The translations under genes were made by a program, and so were the position numbers. This document shows, one piece after another, positions 34,401 through 45,535 of a stretch of DNA of 64,000 bases. Where the stretch lies: NCBI GenBank assembly GCA_000388065.2, contig KB932201.1, one strand, 5' to 3'. The stretch comes from Fonticula alba ATCC 38817. Lineage: Eukaryota; Protista; Nucleariida. A model generated the notes under the pieces. That model was not told where the DNA came from and did no database searches. It saw only the letters and a list, made by a program, of their open reading frames with translations. How positions within the stretch are numbered: the stretch's first letter is position 1; every line of letters begins with the position of its first letter.

Positions 34401-35069
34401 GCGCACTTCTCCGAGGAGGCCTCCTTGGCCGATCCGCTTGCGGGCGAGTCCGCCCCGGAGGAGGGCTGGTTCCGCCAGCGGGCGATCGAGCTCTCAACCC
34501 GCACAACCGAGCTGCTGGCCCCCCTGGCCAGCCCGGAGGTCGAGGCCCCGGCCGGGTCGCCGGCCTCCGGTGTCGGGTACTTCCGCTGCGAGATCCCGCA
34601 CGCGGCCGACGGCGCCGACCCCGGGGTCTTCGTTTGCCCGATCGCCGGGTTCCGCTTTCCCATGCAACTTGGCCGTCTAGTGGCGGTTGGGGCGCTGGGA
34701 CTGGACCCGAGCCGCGTCGGTACGTTGGCACCTTTTGGATGTTCCCCCCCCCCCCTTCCGGTCTCAGTCTCTCACGCCCCTCTCGATGCTCGGCCGGCGT
34801 TCCCCGGCTGGGCCCCGGCTCCCCCCGGCTCGGCCCTGAGGGCAGATTGGAAAAACTGCATTGTGCCGAACAACATCGAGGCTCGGCAGGCCGCCGACTT
34901 CCGGGAGTTCTTCTCGGCCTTTGAGCCGACCTTCGAGGAGGAGGAGGCGCCGGAGGAGGAGGACGCCGAGAATGAGCAAACCGACGACGGCCCGGCTCCC
35001 AACGAGGCGCCTGCCGCCCCGGCCGTGGGAGAGCCCACGGCGGCGGCGGCGGCGGCTGCCTCGTCCTAG
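31426..35069 (+). CDS. CWF19L1: CWF19-like protein 1 (Drn1; Dbr1-associated metallophosphoesterase-like domain plus CwfJ domains), multi-exon
   Basis: N-terminal VLVSGAVKGRF...FDLLFLTGDPF, IPVDTYF, ELCPNLTFLG..GV.TL.SG.KVAYVSG and GVDVLLTSCWP. C-terminal CWFCLSNP..EK|HLVISLGE..YVALAKG, HAHIQAVPVP, FPMQLGR and ADWKNC...FREFFSAFEPT. An internal N gap lies at 32834-32899. Confidence 0.9.
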
Positions 35070-35482
35070 CGGGCGCAGGGTCCATGAGCGCGCGCACACG
35101 CCCGCCCACGAACCGGCGACCATGCACACGCCCCTCGGGAGCCATTTATTCCGAGCGAGAACTTCATTGCCCGACGCACGCACGCACACACGCCCAAATA
35201 GATCTCTCCTCGTTCAGAAACCCCCGGCCCCGGAAGTTTCGACAATGCGCAAAGCACAGCGGTGGTGGTGGGCGTAAATTCCCTCGGGGTGTGATCGGGC
35301 GGGCTATTTTTCCGAGCTCCCTGCTTCCAGCCCTGGACCCTTCCATTCCCCCCACATAGACATCACCACTGCACGCGCCGCGCGCACGCACATACACACG
35401 CACGCATACATACATCCCTACGGACACCCGTTCGCCGCCCTCTGCCTCCTCCGCCCCCCCCCCCCCTGCCCTACTGTCTACC

Positions 35483-35686
35483 ATGTCCGACGGTCACTCA
35501 ACGGAGTCAACGCTCAGGTCGATGTCGGGCCGCTCCCAGTCCTCGTGTGGCTACTGCGGCAAGAGTCAGACCTCCACCTTCTCGTTGTGTGCGCTTTCCA
35601 TGTCCCCAAGGGGCCGATCTCCCTCATGACCGCGCCCTTTGTCGCGCGATGTCCCTCTAACTAGCCACCCTTCTTTTTTGCCCCCC

Positions 35687-35729
<43 letters not shown>

Positions 35730-35830
35730 TCCCCCCCCACACCACCCCCCGCACGCCCCCCTCCCCCTCACTCCCTCCCCCCCCCCCCCCCCCCCCCTCC
35801 TCCCCCCTCCCCCCCCCCCTCCCTCCTCCG

Positions 35831-35878
<48 letters not shown>

Positions 35879-38567
35879 TCTCCCCGGTGTATCGAGCNNN
35901 NNNNNNNNNNNNNNNNNNNNNNNNNNNNNNNNNNNNNNNNNNNNNNNNNNNNNNNNNNTCCCTTCGAGCCTCCCACTAATCCTTCTCCCTGTCCGTTATC
36001 GTCCTTTCCCGCCATCACCGCCACCCTGGCAGTCATGCTGGATGTGGGGTTCCGTCGATCTGGCAGCTTTTTCTACCGGCCCAACTTGCTAGCCACCTGC
36101 TGCCCTCAGTATCCGATTCGCCTGCAAGTTGGCCCCAAGAGCCAATCGACCTTGGCATTGCTGTCGGGCTCTCCGACCCCCGATCACTCGCATTTTTTTC
36201 CCACCCTCTCCAATGGATTCCACCCGACCTCGGACCAGCGGAATTCCCTTCGCCGACTGCAGCGTCTGCTTCAGCAGGGCGTCATCCAGCCGAGTACCCC
36301 CGCCCCCAGCCCAGGCAAGGGTACTGCTGCAGCAGCTGCTACTGCTGCTGCTCCCTCGGCCGCCGCCGCACCACAACCCGGCTCCCTGGGCGATCTCCTG
36401 GCGGAGGCCCTTCGCAGTCTCCATGGGGACCTCCTGATGGAGGCCGGCCTGGAGGCCACGGATCCCGGCATCCTGCGCCTCGGGCCGAATCGCACATACC
36501 AGCCCCCTGGCGGACGACGGTGCCAGGCCAGTGGGGAATCTTGCACGCGCGAGATCGCCTGCTGGTCCAGTGCCGCGGCCTTTCGCCTGCATGCTCTCAT
36601 GCGCGCTTCCGGTGCTGGCGGTGGCGGTGGCGGTGGGATTCCACCTCCGCCGGCCATTGCAGCCGGTCTGGCGGCCAACCTGTCAGCCGCACTGGCCAGT
36701 CATCGCCGGATTGCCGGGCTCCCCGGCATGCATGCCACTTGCCATGCCGCCGGGCCGTATGTCAACATTCTCCTTTGCCAGGACCCCCCTCCGGCGGATA
36801 AGCCCATGGTCACCGAGACCCCTGGCCATGCCGATGAGCCCGCTGCCCCGGCCTCCGGGTCGGAACCCAAATACATGCTCGTCACGCGCATGGTTCCAGC
36901 CTACTACTCGGCGGAATCGCATGCCCTCTACATGGCCTACCAAATCCGCACACACAAGTCCAAGCCCAACGAGGTGGGCGCCAGCCAGTATTTCGACTTC
37001 CTCATCAGCAAGTGCGTTGCCCTTGGGCCGCCCCTCGCCAGCCTCTCGGGCCATGCTTTCCTCCCGATGCCCGAGCACTGACACAGGGCCGGATGCCCAT
37101 CGCTTGCAGCCCCTTCAGGGACACCGTTCCGAAGGACTTGCAGGAGTACGCCGGCCCGGGGCACGAGTCGGCCGAGTACTCGGCCTCGCTCGGGGCCTTT
37201 GGCTATTTCTCCGACACTCCTGACCAGTGGCTGGACGATGTCAACTCGGATCGAGTCCTGCCGGCCGTGGGGGCCGACTACGCGGCCAACGCCCCGGATG
37301 TGCCCTTCCGTGAAGACTTGGACCTGCGCACTGGCCCTGCTCTGCCTCTTGGGAGCTACCATTTGGAGTACCGGCTCCGGCGTGTCGATGCCACCGGGCC
37401 CGGCCGCCTGGTGGCTGTCAGCGTGTTGGACGTCCTGCCACATAGCCTGTCCAGTGTCTATTCCTTCTTCGTGCCGGCCTCCGCCGGGTTGGGGGTTTCC
37501 TTCGGCGCGATCACCGCCCTTCTGGAGATTGAGCTCTGCCGGCGGGGGTCTCTGCCCAGCTCGGCGGCGGCGCTGGCCCGGCTGCACACCCCGGAGGACC
37601 CGTGGTTTGCCTTCACGGCTGGCGGGGCGGCCGCCGCTCGGGCCAAGGCCCCCCCGCACGCCGACAATCCCCTCTGGCCGTACTATGTCCTGGGGTTCTT
37701 GATTCTTTCCTGCCCGAAGATGGTGTACAAGGCCAATTACCACCCAAGCGAGATGGTGTGCCCGGCAACCGGTCGCTGGACTCCGATCCTGGCATACCAC
37801 ACCCTGCCATCCTATCGGCCGGACCCGGAGACCGGCCCCTCAAATGCCCTGCTCCTGCGTGTGTATCGCTCTGCGTTGAACTTTCTCCGCGAGCGCGAGC
37901 GCCGGCCGAAGGCCGAACGCTTTGATTTGGCCCACCAAACCCCCCTTCCGGGGCTCTGGCATTATGCCCGCCCGATTGGCCAGCAGATAAACACGCGTGC
38001 TGTGCAGGTGCGCAATGAGTCGCGTGGCCCGGGGTTGTGCTCTTCTTCGTCCATCTTTCCCCCCCCCCCCTCCCTCACTGTTGGCTCACATATCTACTCT
38101 CCTCTCTGCCTGCCTCTCTCTCTCCTCCCCCCCCCCCTCGCCTCCCCTCCGATGCATTCCTTCGCCTGCGCTCTGGCTTGGACCTGCAAATGCCCCAGGC
38201 ATTCAGCCGATTCTTCCCAGACCTTGTTTTCCTGCAGCTTGTCAGCTGGGATGACATGAATGTCATCCTCTTCCAGGCTTCCTATTTTGCGGACATGCCC
38301 ATCAAAAAGATGCCCCCCAAGGTGAGGGCATTCATCGGTTCGGACCCGAACCGGTTGAGTGCCGTCCGGGGGGGCATGTTTGCCCCGGTCCTCTCGATCC
38401 TGGCCTCCGCCTATGAGCCCCTGCTGCTGCAGCTCCTTGCCGGCGAGGCAACCCTTCCAGAGCGTACCGCCAAGCGCTACTCCGACCCGGACCCGGCCGA
38501 GGAGGCCGACACCTTCCACACCTTCCTCCGCATGACCACCTCAATTCGGCTGTTGGAGATCTTCTAA
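35483..38567 (+). CDS. ATE1: Arginyl-tRNA--protein transferase 1; exons about 35483-35586, [likely exon lost in gap], 36033-37011, 37110-38007, 38238-38567
   Basis: Motifs SSCGYCGK, MLDVGFRRSGSFFYRPNLLATCCPQYPIRL, FHPTSDQR, ESHALYMAYQIRTH, GSYHLEYRL, LVAVSVLDVLPHSLSSVYSFF, ALLEI and YYVLGFLILSCPKMVYKANYHPSEMVCP. Confidence 0.92.
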
Positions 38568-38912
38568 ATGGGTTGCTTTCTCCGGGCATCCTCCAATCCG
38601 ACTTGCCTGTCCTCTTATGTTGGTGGCCATTGTGGCGAGGAAACCCCGGGAGCCTGGAATGCACGCACACGAATGTCGCCCTAAGTCCAATTGGGACTCC
38701 TCCCCCCCCCCCCCTCTCTCCCCGGTGTATCGAGCAACGGGGGGAAGTCCAAGTGAGCGTCGACACACAAGCCAGGGAAACCCATGGACAGAGAAGCAGC
38801 GCGGGAGGGGGGAACCCCACGAAAGAGGGCGAGCGAGGGAATTTGACAACTGAAGAGCTTTAATATCACATCTGCCTTTTTCTGGGCCTCGTTTGGAGCG
38901 AGCGCAGAGCGG

Positions 38913-38943
<31 letters not shown>

Positions 38944-38995
38944 AGGCACAAAACCACAAATGCTGCTCCACCATCGGTGGTGCGGGGTGACACCC

Positions 38996-41481
38996 TCAGA
39001 GACGGCACCGCAGTCGAACCGAGCGCCGGGGGGTCGGCACGCTACAGCTCAGGTCCAGCAGACCGCCACTGATGGCCGGGCGCTCGGCCTCCCTTCCGGC
39101 CACCTGGGCCTCAAAGTGCACACGGTGGCGAAGGGCGGGATCCGGTGAAAACCGGACCACCAGCGTGTCGCCCGGGAAAACATGGTTGGAAAAGCGCCCG
39201 GCGATGGCCGTGGCTTCGGGCAAGGGGCCCTGCAGGGCTGGGACCATGCCTGCCGGGTCATCCTCGGTGCCCTCCTGGAGGTAGGACAGGATGGCTCGGA
39301 CCGCCACGCCCAAGGTGCACAGGCCGTGCAGGATGGGCCGGTCGAAGCCGCCGATCTCGGCGAAGTCCGGTGAAATGTGCAGCGGATTCAGGTCCCCGCT
39401 GGCCAGGCGGTACAATGCCGCCTGCGAGGGCCCGGTCGGCGCCGCCACTTGGACCAGATACTTGCTGGGGGCAGCGGGCCCCACAGCCGGGGCCGGGCGA
39501 ATCGGCAAACTGAGGGCCGAGTCGCGGCGGGAAAAACTTGATCGCGCAAGTTGTCGGATGAATGCCGGGTCAGGGAAGGGCGAGCATGGCAACCGGGCGC
39601 TTGGTCAGGGAAGGCTCCCCCTGACGGGTCACCACAAAGACGTACTTCCCGGCGCCGCGGATGAAGACCGCAAATTCATTGAAGAAAATCAGCCGACCAC
39701 TCTCATCGAAAGTGTCCACGCCGGTAATAACCAGCGCGCCCTGGGGCAGTGTGGACAAGCGGCAGGGTCAGTAACTGCGCCAGGCATGGCAATCCCAAGA
39801 GCTGGCCCATCGGGAAAGCCCGAGACGGGGGGGGGAGAGGGGCGAAGGGCCAAAAGTACCTTGCCCTTATCCTGGATATCAATGATGTATGCCTGGCAGC
39901 TGAGGGCCCCGCTTGTGGGGAGGGTGTCATAGATCTCGATGCGCTGCTCGCCGTGCAACAATCGAGCCTACCACGGACAAGAGGGTCAGCATTGCGGTGC
40001 CAATCGAAGGGGGCAGCAGGGAAGACGCCATTGGCGCCAGTGGCCCCGCACCAGGTCAAACTTCGGCAGATGCTGGCTGAGATTCATCGATGCGAGCAGA
40101 TTGAAGGCGCACACCACCGGGAAGGTGGGCAGACAGTGGAAGTAGTCGTGCTGCTCGTAGACCACCGATAAGTCCTGGCTGGTGGCACCAACCCCAAGGG
40201 CATAGAGTGCCACGTCGCGCTCGGAGAAAAGGAACTCGGCCTTCGGGCTGCGGAAGCGCCGCGACCAGAGGATGTCCACGAAGTCACTGCCCCGGCCGGC
40301 GGTGGCCGAGGCATCCTCCGAGAGCAGGCGCTTGATGATGGGCTCGTGAACTTGGCCCTGGGGGTCGTCGGCGCTGGCCGAAAGGTCCATATCGAGGATC
40401 TGACCGACCGGGTGGGGGTCGCCACGACGCCGAGGCCCCAAGCCAGAGACCGGGTGAGGAATGGCCGAAGGCGGGGTCAATGTCAGGCATTCGGATCGTC
40501 GAACATGGCCCTGCAGCGGTGACAACATCCGCAGCACGTACAGACTGGATGATGCCGGGATTCCCGCGCGCGGACAGTGCCACGGGCTGGGTGAAGACTC
40601 GGCGGACGCGCGCAAACCAGCCGCTCCCGGCCTCGAAGCAGCCGCCCGTCACCTGGCAACTGCCGGGATACGGGTGGGGACGAGCAGTGTGTGAGAGTTT
40701 GAACAGGCAGAACATCGGCCAGGTCCGACCGGGGGGGGAGGAAGGTTGTTCAAAGGGAGAGTCGACGCTGGGACAACGTACGCAGAGACCGAAAGAAGGG
40801 CAAGGATCGGCGAAACATAGGCCGGCGAGAGGCCTGGGCGGGGGGTGGCAGCCCCGAGAAGTCAGTGGCGGGGGGGAGGGAGGGCGCCCGGCGATCAGGC
40901 GTGTCTTCTCCCCCGGCTGAGAGCGGGAGGAAGAACCGGCAGGGCAAGGGCAAGGGAAGGGCATCAGGGCGTACGGGCAACCATGTCCTCCGGCAGGATG
41001 GTGGCCGTCATGGCGGTACCCGCATTTGGGCACAGGGTGTTGGCCGTGATGTTGTAGTCGCGGCCCTGGCAGGCCAGCATGTCGGTGAAACCATGAATGG
41101 CGGCCTTGGCTGAGGGCGGGGGACGCAGAGAACCGAGGCCGAGGGAATCACCCGGACATAGGCTGGATGAGCAATCGGAGGGTGGTCTCGTGTGGCGCGC
41201 AGTGGGGAGGGCAATCTCTCAAAAGCGGGACGGTCACATACCGGTGGAGTAGTTCGCCTGGCCGAAGTTGCCGTACAGCCCCACGCTGGAGGAGGTGTTG
41301 AACACTCGGCCATGGCGCTGGTGCATGAAGTGCGGCCAGGCGGCCGCCGTGACCGCAATCGTGCCCGCCAAGTGGACCATCATCACGGCATCCCACTCCT
41401 GCTCGGTCATCCGAGCGAAGGATCGGTCACGCAAGATACTGCCAACAGGAGAAAGGGCGATTAGCGCGCGCGAGCGGAGAA

Positions 41482-41525
<44 letters not shown>

Positions 41526-43543
41526 GAGGGGGGCCCATCAGCCAGTGAGGCAGGCGATGCGACAGATGCGCGCACCCGGCATTGTTCACCACGATGTCGA
41601 TCCGGCCGAAGTTCCGGATGGCCGTCTCCACACACAGATGCCCGGCGGTGTTGACGGGATTCCCATCCGGCACGGCCCGGCCGCCGAGGGACACGATCTC
41701 GGCGACAACCTTGCGCGCGGCGTCCAGGTTCATGTCGTTGACGACCACTGCCGCGCCATGGCGCGCCAACTCCAGCGCATGGAAGCGCCCAAGGCCAGCC
41801 CCGGCGCCGGTCACCAGGGCCACCTGTCCGCGCAGGCTCAAGTCCAACTTCGCGAGGGGCTTCGGCTGCGGGAGATCCTGGGCATCTGGGAGGGGGGCAC
41901 AAGCAGGAGGTGTGTCGGTAAGAGGGGGGAGATGCCTGGAAGTGGCCATGGGAATCCCCCGGCGGGTGTCGCACCCTCAAGATGGCCAATCCAGTCGACT
42001 TCGGTGATGGTCTCCGGGAAGGCGCTCTCGGCGTTGAAGGAAACAACCTGCTCGTCGGATGAGCGTCAGGCAAGCAACAAGACTCGGAGGAGACACGGGG
42101 CAGAGGAGAGGAGGGGGGGGGGGGAACCAATGCCAGGGCGGTCGGCGAGGCGAAGCGGGGAGGAGGGAGGTGGACAGAGAAATGAGCAGGGGGGGGGGGG
42201 GAAGAAACCCTCGACACGTACGTCGGTCCAACGCCGGTGCAAGTCCCCCAGGGGGATGGGCGAGTATGCGGGGTTGAGGAAACTCTGAGGGGTGGGGTGA
42301 GCCTTGGTGGTTGGATCGGCAGCCGGAGCGACCAGCGCCCCGGACGAGCGCTGCCAGCCGGCGCGACAAACCGAGGCTTCAGAGAAGCAGAACGCCTGCC
42401 CCGAGGCAGCATCCGTGAGGGCTAGCTCCCCGAGCAAGACGCCCAGGCCGGGAAGCAGGGCCACCGGCAGGGCAGACGGTGTGCCTGAGGCATACTGGAA
42501 TTGCGGGAACTCCGGGAAGAGGGCATTCACGCGAACTTGGAGCCTCTCCCCCTCTCGGGCCATGGTCCGGCAGAGAGCCGCCAGACCGTAGGCAATGCAG
42601 ATCTTCGAGGGGCCGGCGCCGCGACCCCAGGCACCGTGTCCGCCGAGGCGCCCACTGCCCAGGGCATTCACCGGGGCAACCAGGCAGACATTGGTCGGCC
42701 GGCTGTCCTCGCTGGCGGCCCACACATGCTTGAACAGGGCAAAGACCTCCCCGAAGCAGGGGAGAATTTGTCCAATCCACGCATCGGCACTACGACTGGC
42801 CAGCGGCGCCTCGATGAAGCTCCTTCCGAGTGGGTTGAGGTCAGTTGGGGTGAGATTGCCGGCTGTAGAAGTGGACAGAGGAGGTAGGGGGGGGGGGGCG
42901 GGGCAAGTGCGGGAGAAACCGCCGACAGAGCGGGGCAAGGGACATGCGCACTCGTGGCAGTGAAAGATGATGTTGTGATACGGGTCATCGAGGCGGCTCA
43001 GGACTTGAGCGAGGCCAGCACGCCGACCATCGATCGTGGCATCGTCTTTGGTCGTGGAGGAGATGAATTTCACGGCAGCCGGCAGGCCGAGGGCACTCTG
43101 CAAAGGGCGACGGGTCGAAGGGTGTCAGGAGGAGGGGCGCGAAAGAGGGGGATCCTCAGCAGGTCAAGGGGAAAGCCTCTCTGCCTCTCTCGAACAGCAC
43201 CTTTGACAGGGTTCGGGCTGGATGGCCGAGGGGGGAGATAGCATGCCGTCAGAGAAGGGGTTTGCCAGCCAGGGGCAGGAGGGCAATGGCGAGGCTCAGG
43301 GGGGGGGGGAGAGAGATGACGCACAGATGATGCACAGTCGCGAGGGGGCACCCTTGAATTGGGACGCAATGAACGTCACCAGATCTTGAGCGGCAGGCCC
43401 AATGACGAGGCAGAGCCGGGAGGTTAGCAGCCGACAGCAAGTGCAAAGAAAGATGGATCACCAGTGGCCGGAGTGTGGGGCGCACCCGGGGAGTCGGAGA
43501 TCAGCAGCGTCTTCCCGGCATCTGCGTGAAGAAGACCACTCAT
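38996..43543 (-). CDS. FOX2: Peroxisomal multifunctional beta-oxidation enzyme type 2 with fungal FOX2 architecture (degenerate SDR A, SDR B, 2-enoyl-CoA hydratase 2, no SCP2), multi-exon, ending in PTS1-like CRL
   Basis: SDR B motifs: VALVTGAGAGLGR, VVVNDM, GRIDIVVNNAG, ILRDRSFARM, NTSSSVGLYGNFGQANYST|AK. Hydratase motifs: RDVALYALGVG, LLHGEQ, LYRLASGDLNPLH, PILHGLCTLG, RFSNHVFPGDTL. The C-terminus is RLRCRL*. The start ATG at 43543 (MSGLLHADAG...) is inferred. Confidence 0.9.
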
Positions 43544-43959
43544 CCTAGCGGGTGAGGGGGCGCAAGCAGCGGGGGGGGGGGGGNNNNNNNNNNNNNNNNN
43601 NNNNNNNNNNNNNNNNNNNNNNNNNNNNNNNNNNNNNNNNNNNNNNNNNNNNNNNNNNNNNNNNNNNNNNNNNNNNNNNNNNNNNNNNNNNNNNNNNNNN
43701 NNNNNNNNNNNNNNNNNNNNNNNNNNNNNNNNNNNNNNNNNNNNNNNNNNNNNNNNNNNNNNNNNNNNNNNNNNNNNNNNNNNNNNNNNNNNNNNNNNNN
43801 NNNNNNNNNNNNNNNNNNNNNNNNNNNNNNNNNNNNNNNNNNNNNNNNNNNNNNNNNNNNNNNNNNNNNNNNNNNNNNNNNNNCCCCCCCCCCTCGCCTC
43901 GAGCGGGTCCTGTCAGTCAGAGGCAGGGAGACGAAGGGGCCGCCAGCCGCACGAACATG

Positions 43960-44200
43960 CAGGGGGTCCGAGGTCACGGCAACCGGAGGTTCGTCGGGCC
44001 AACGCGCAGATCTAACGATGCGACACTAAAATGGGACTCGCCGATGGGATACCTCACAGGGTACCCAGTCATGGTATCACGAGATGCCTCTGGCCTAGTG
44101 TATCACGCGTTCGTAATGGAGTTTGTAGAATGTTGTTTCCCAGGTGCATACGCACCGACCACCAGACCCTTGCGTACTTGCGCGGGAGGCCCGGGCTGCA
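43960..44200 (+). ncRNA. Candidate structured non-coding RNA of unknown family
   Basis: Lower-GC, non-repetitive block with hairpins at 44045-44067, 44073-44088 (a G.U pair favours the + strand) and 44143-44156. Long-range ACACTA/TAGTGT and AACGCG/CGCGTT complementarity is also present. No family motif recognised. Confidence 0.3.
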
Positions 44201-44249
44201 TCCCCGCCTCACGGCCGTGCGGCAGACGGGGGAGGCCGGCGACTCGGGG

Positions 44250-44290
<41 letters not shown>

Positions 44291-45535
44291 TTCATCCTCG
44301 AGGGGGGGAACCACCCGCACATGGCCCCCCACCTGTGAGGGGCGAGGGGGGACTCGGCCGCGACTAGTGTGCCCCCCCTGAGGCCCAAGCCCTTGTGAGT
44401 GGCGGCAGGGGCGGAGGGCCCAAGCTCAGGCGAAGCGTCGTGTGCCAGGCTCGCTCGGCAGAGGGCCGGGGGGAGACACATATTCCCAATGGGTCGGCAC
44501 CAAGCACCTAGCCTGCCATTGCCTCGGGCCGGAGCCCGGCGAGGGCGAGCGCGACCGCCCACCTCCCCAGCCTCGGAGGGGGTGTCACTACCCGACAACA
44601 TGGGGCTCGCCGCCCTTGTACGCACGCGCGCACGCACGCGCACGCATGCACACGCACACACGTACGCACGCGAGCGAGCGGCCACACGACGGCCAGACTC
44701 CGCACGGGGTGTAATTGCCACTGGACGGCCCTCCCCCTGGGGCCCGGCTGGTGGGGTCAACACCCTGCTTGCAGCCCCTCGCTTCCGGCCCGGGATGTCG
44801 GCTGGAACAGATTCCCGGAGGAGGGCACCCCTGTTCCCCACTCCGGCGCCCGGTGTGACCGCTGTGTATTGGCAGCTGCTCATGCGCGCCCGGCGGCACG
44901 CCCGCCAATGGGCTGGGGATTTCCCCTCCGTCCTCCGGGGCTGGCCCCAAGCATGGCTGACGGAGGGGCAGTGGTGGATTCCTCCCGCGTTGAGGGCGAA
45001 TGGGTGGGTGGGGGGGGGGGGGCATGGCTCCGTGGGTGTGGTGGCACACTTGCGGCAACATCCGGCACCGCCTCCTGCAGACCGCGCCACCTCGGGGCCT
45101 GGTGCGCTGATGCTGCTGCTCGGTCCGGTTTTTCGGCCCCCGGGGACCACCCTGGCCCCCCTCGGAGCGCAGGCAGAGATTTTCCTGTCGATTTCCTTCT
45201 CTCGCACCTCTCCCCTTTGTACGCCTCTCGCCCGCCTCCCCCGTCCTCCCGCTCCCTCCCACAACCACATCCCCCCGGCCTCCCTCCTACCCCTTGTCGC
45301 CCGCGGGCGCATGCGGGCGTACGCGCGCCCACGCGCGCGCACGCGTGTGTGTGTGTGTGTGTGTGTGTGCACTGGCCCCCACCACACACACACACACATA
45401 TATATATATTGATACATCCCCTCTCCTTGAGGCAGGCGCGCCCCATCATGCCGACACACCCCACTCACACGCCCCCTGTCCATGCTCCTCCCGCCTGTTC
45501 CCTGCCGCGTGCTGCGCTCCGCCACACAGGTCGAC

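Noticed and set aside
35876-35897. 22-bp motif ctctctccccggtgtatcgagc, also present at 38714-38735
   Set aside because: The first copy follows a long poly-C run and ends at an N gap, so it was probably mis-joined from the 38.7-kb locus rather than being a real element.
43965-44175. RNase P-like P4 pairing (GGGTCCG with CAGACCC)
   Set aside because: The universally conserved GAA of CR-I is absent and the pairing has a mismatch. The region is kept only as an unknown structured candidate.
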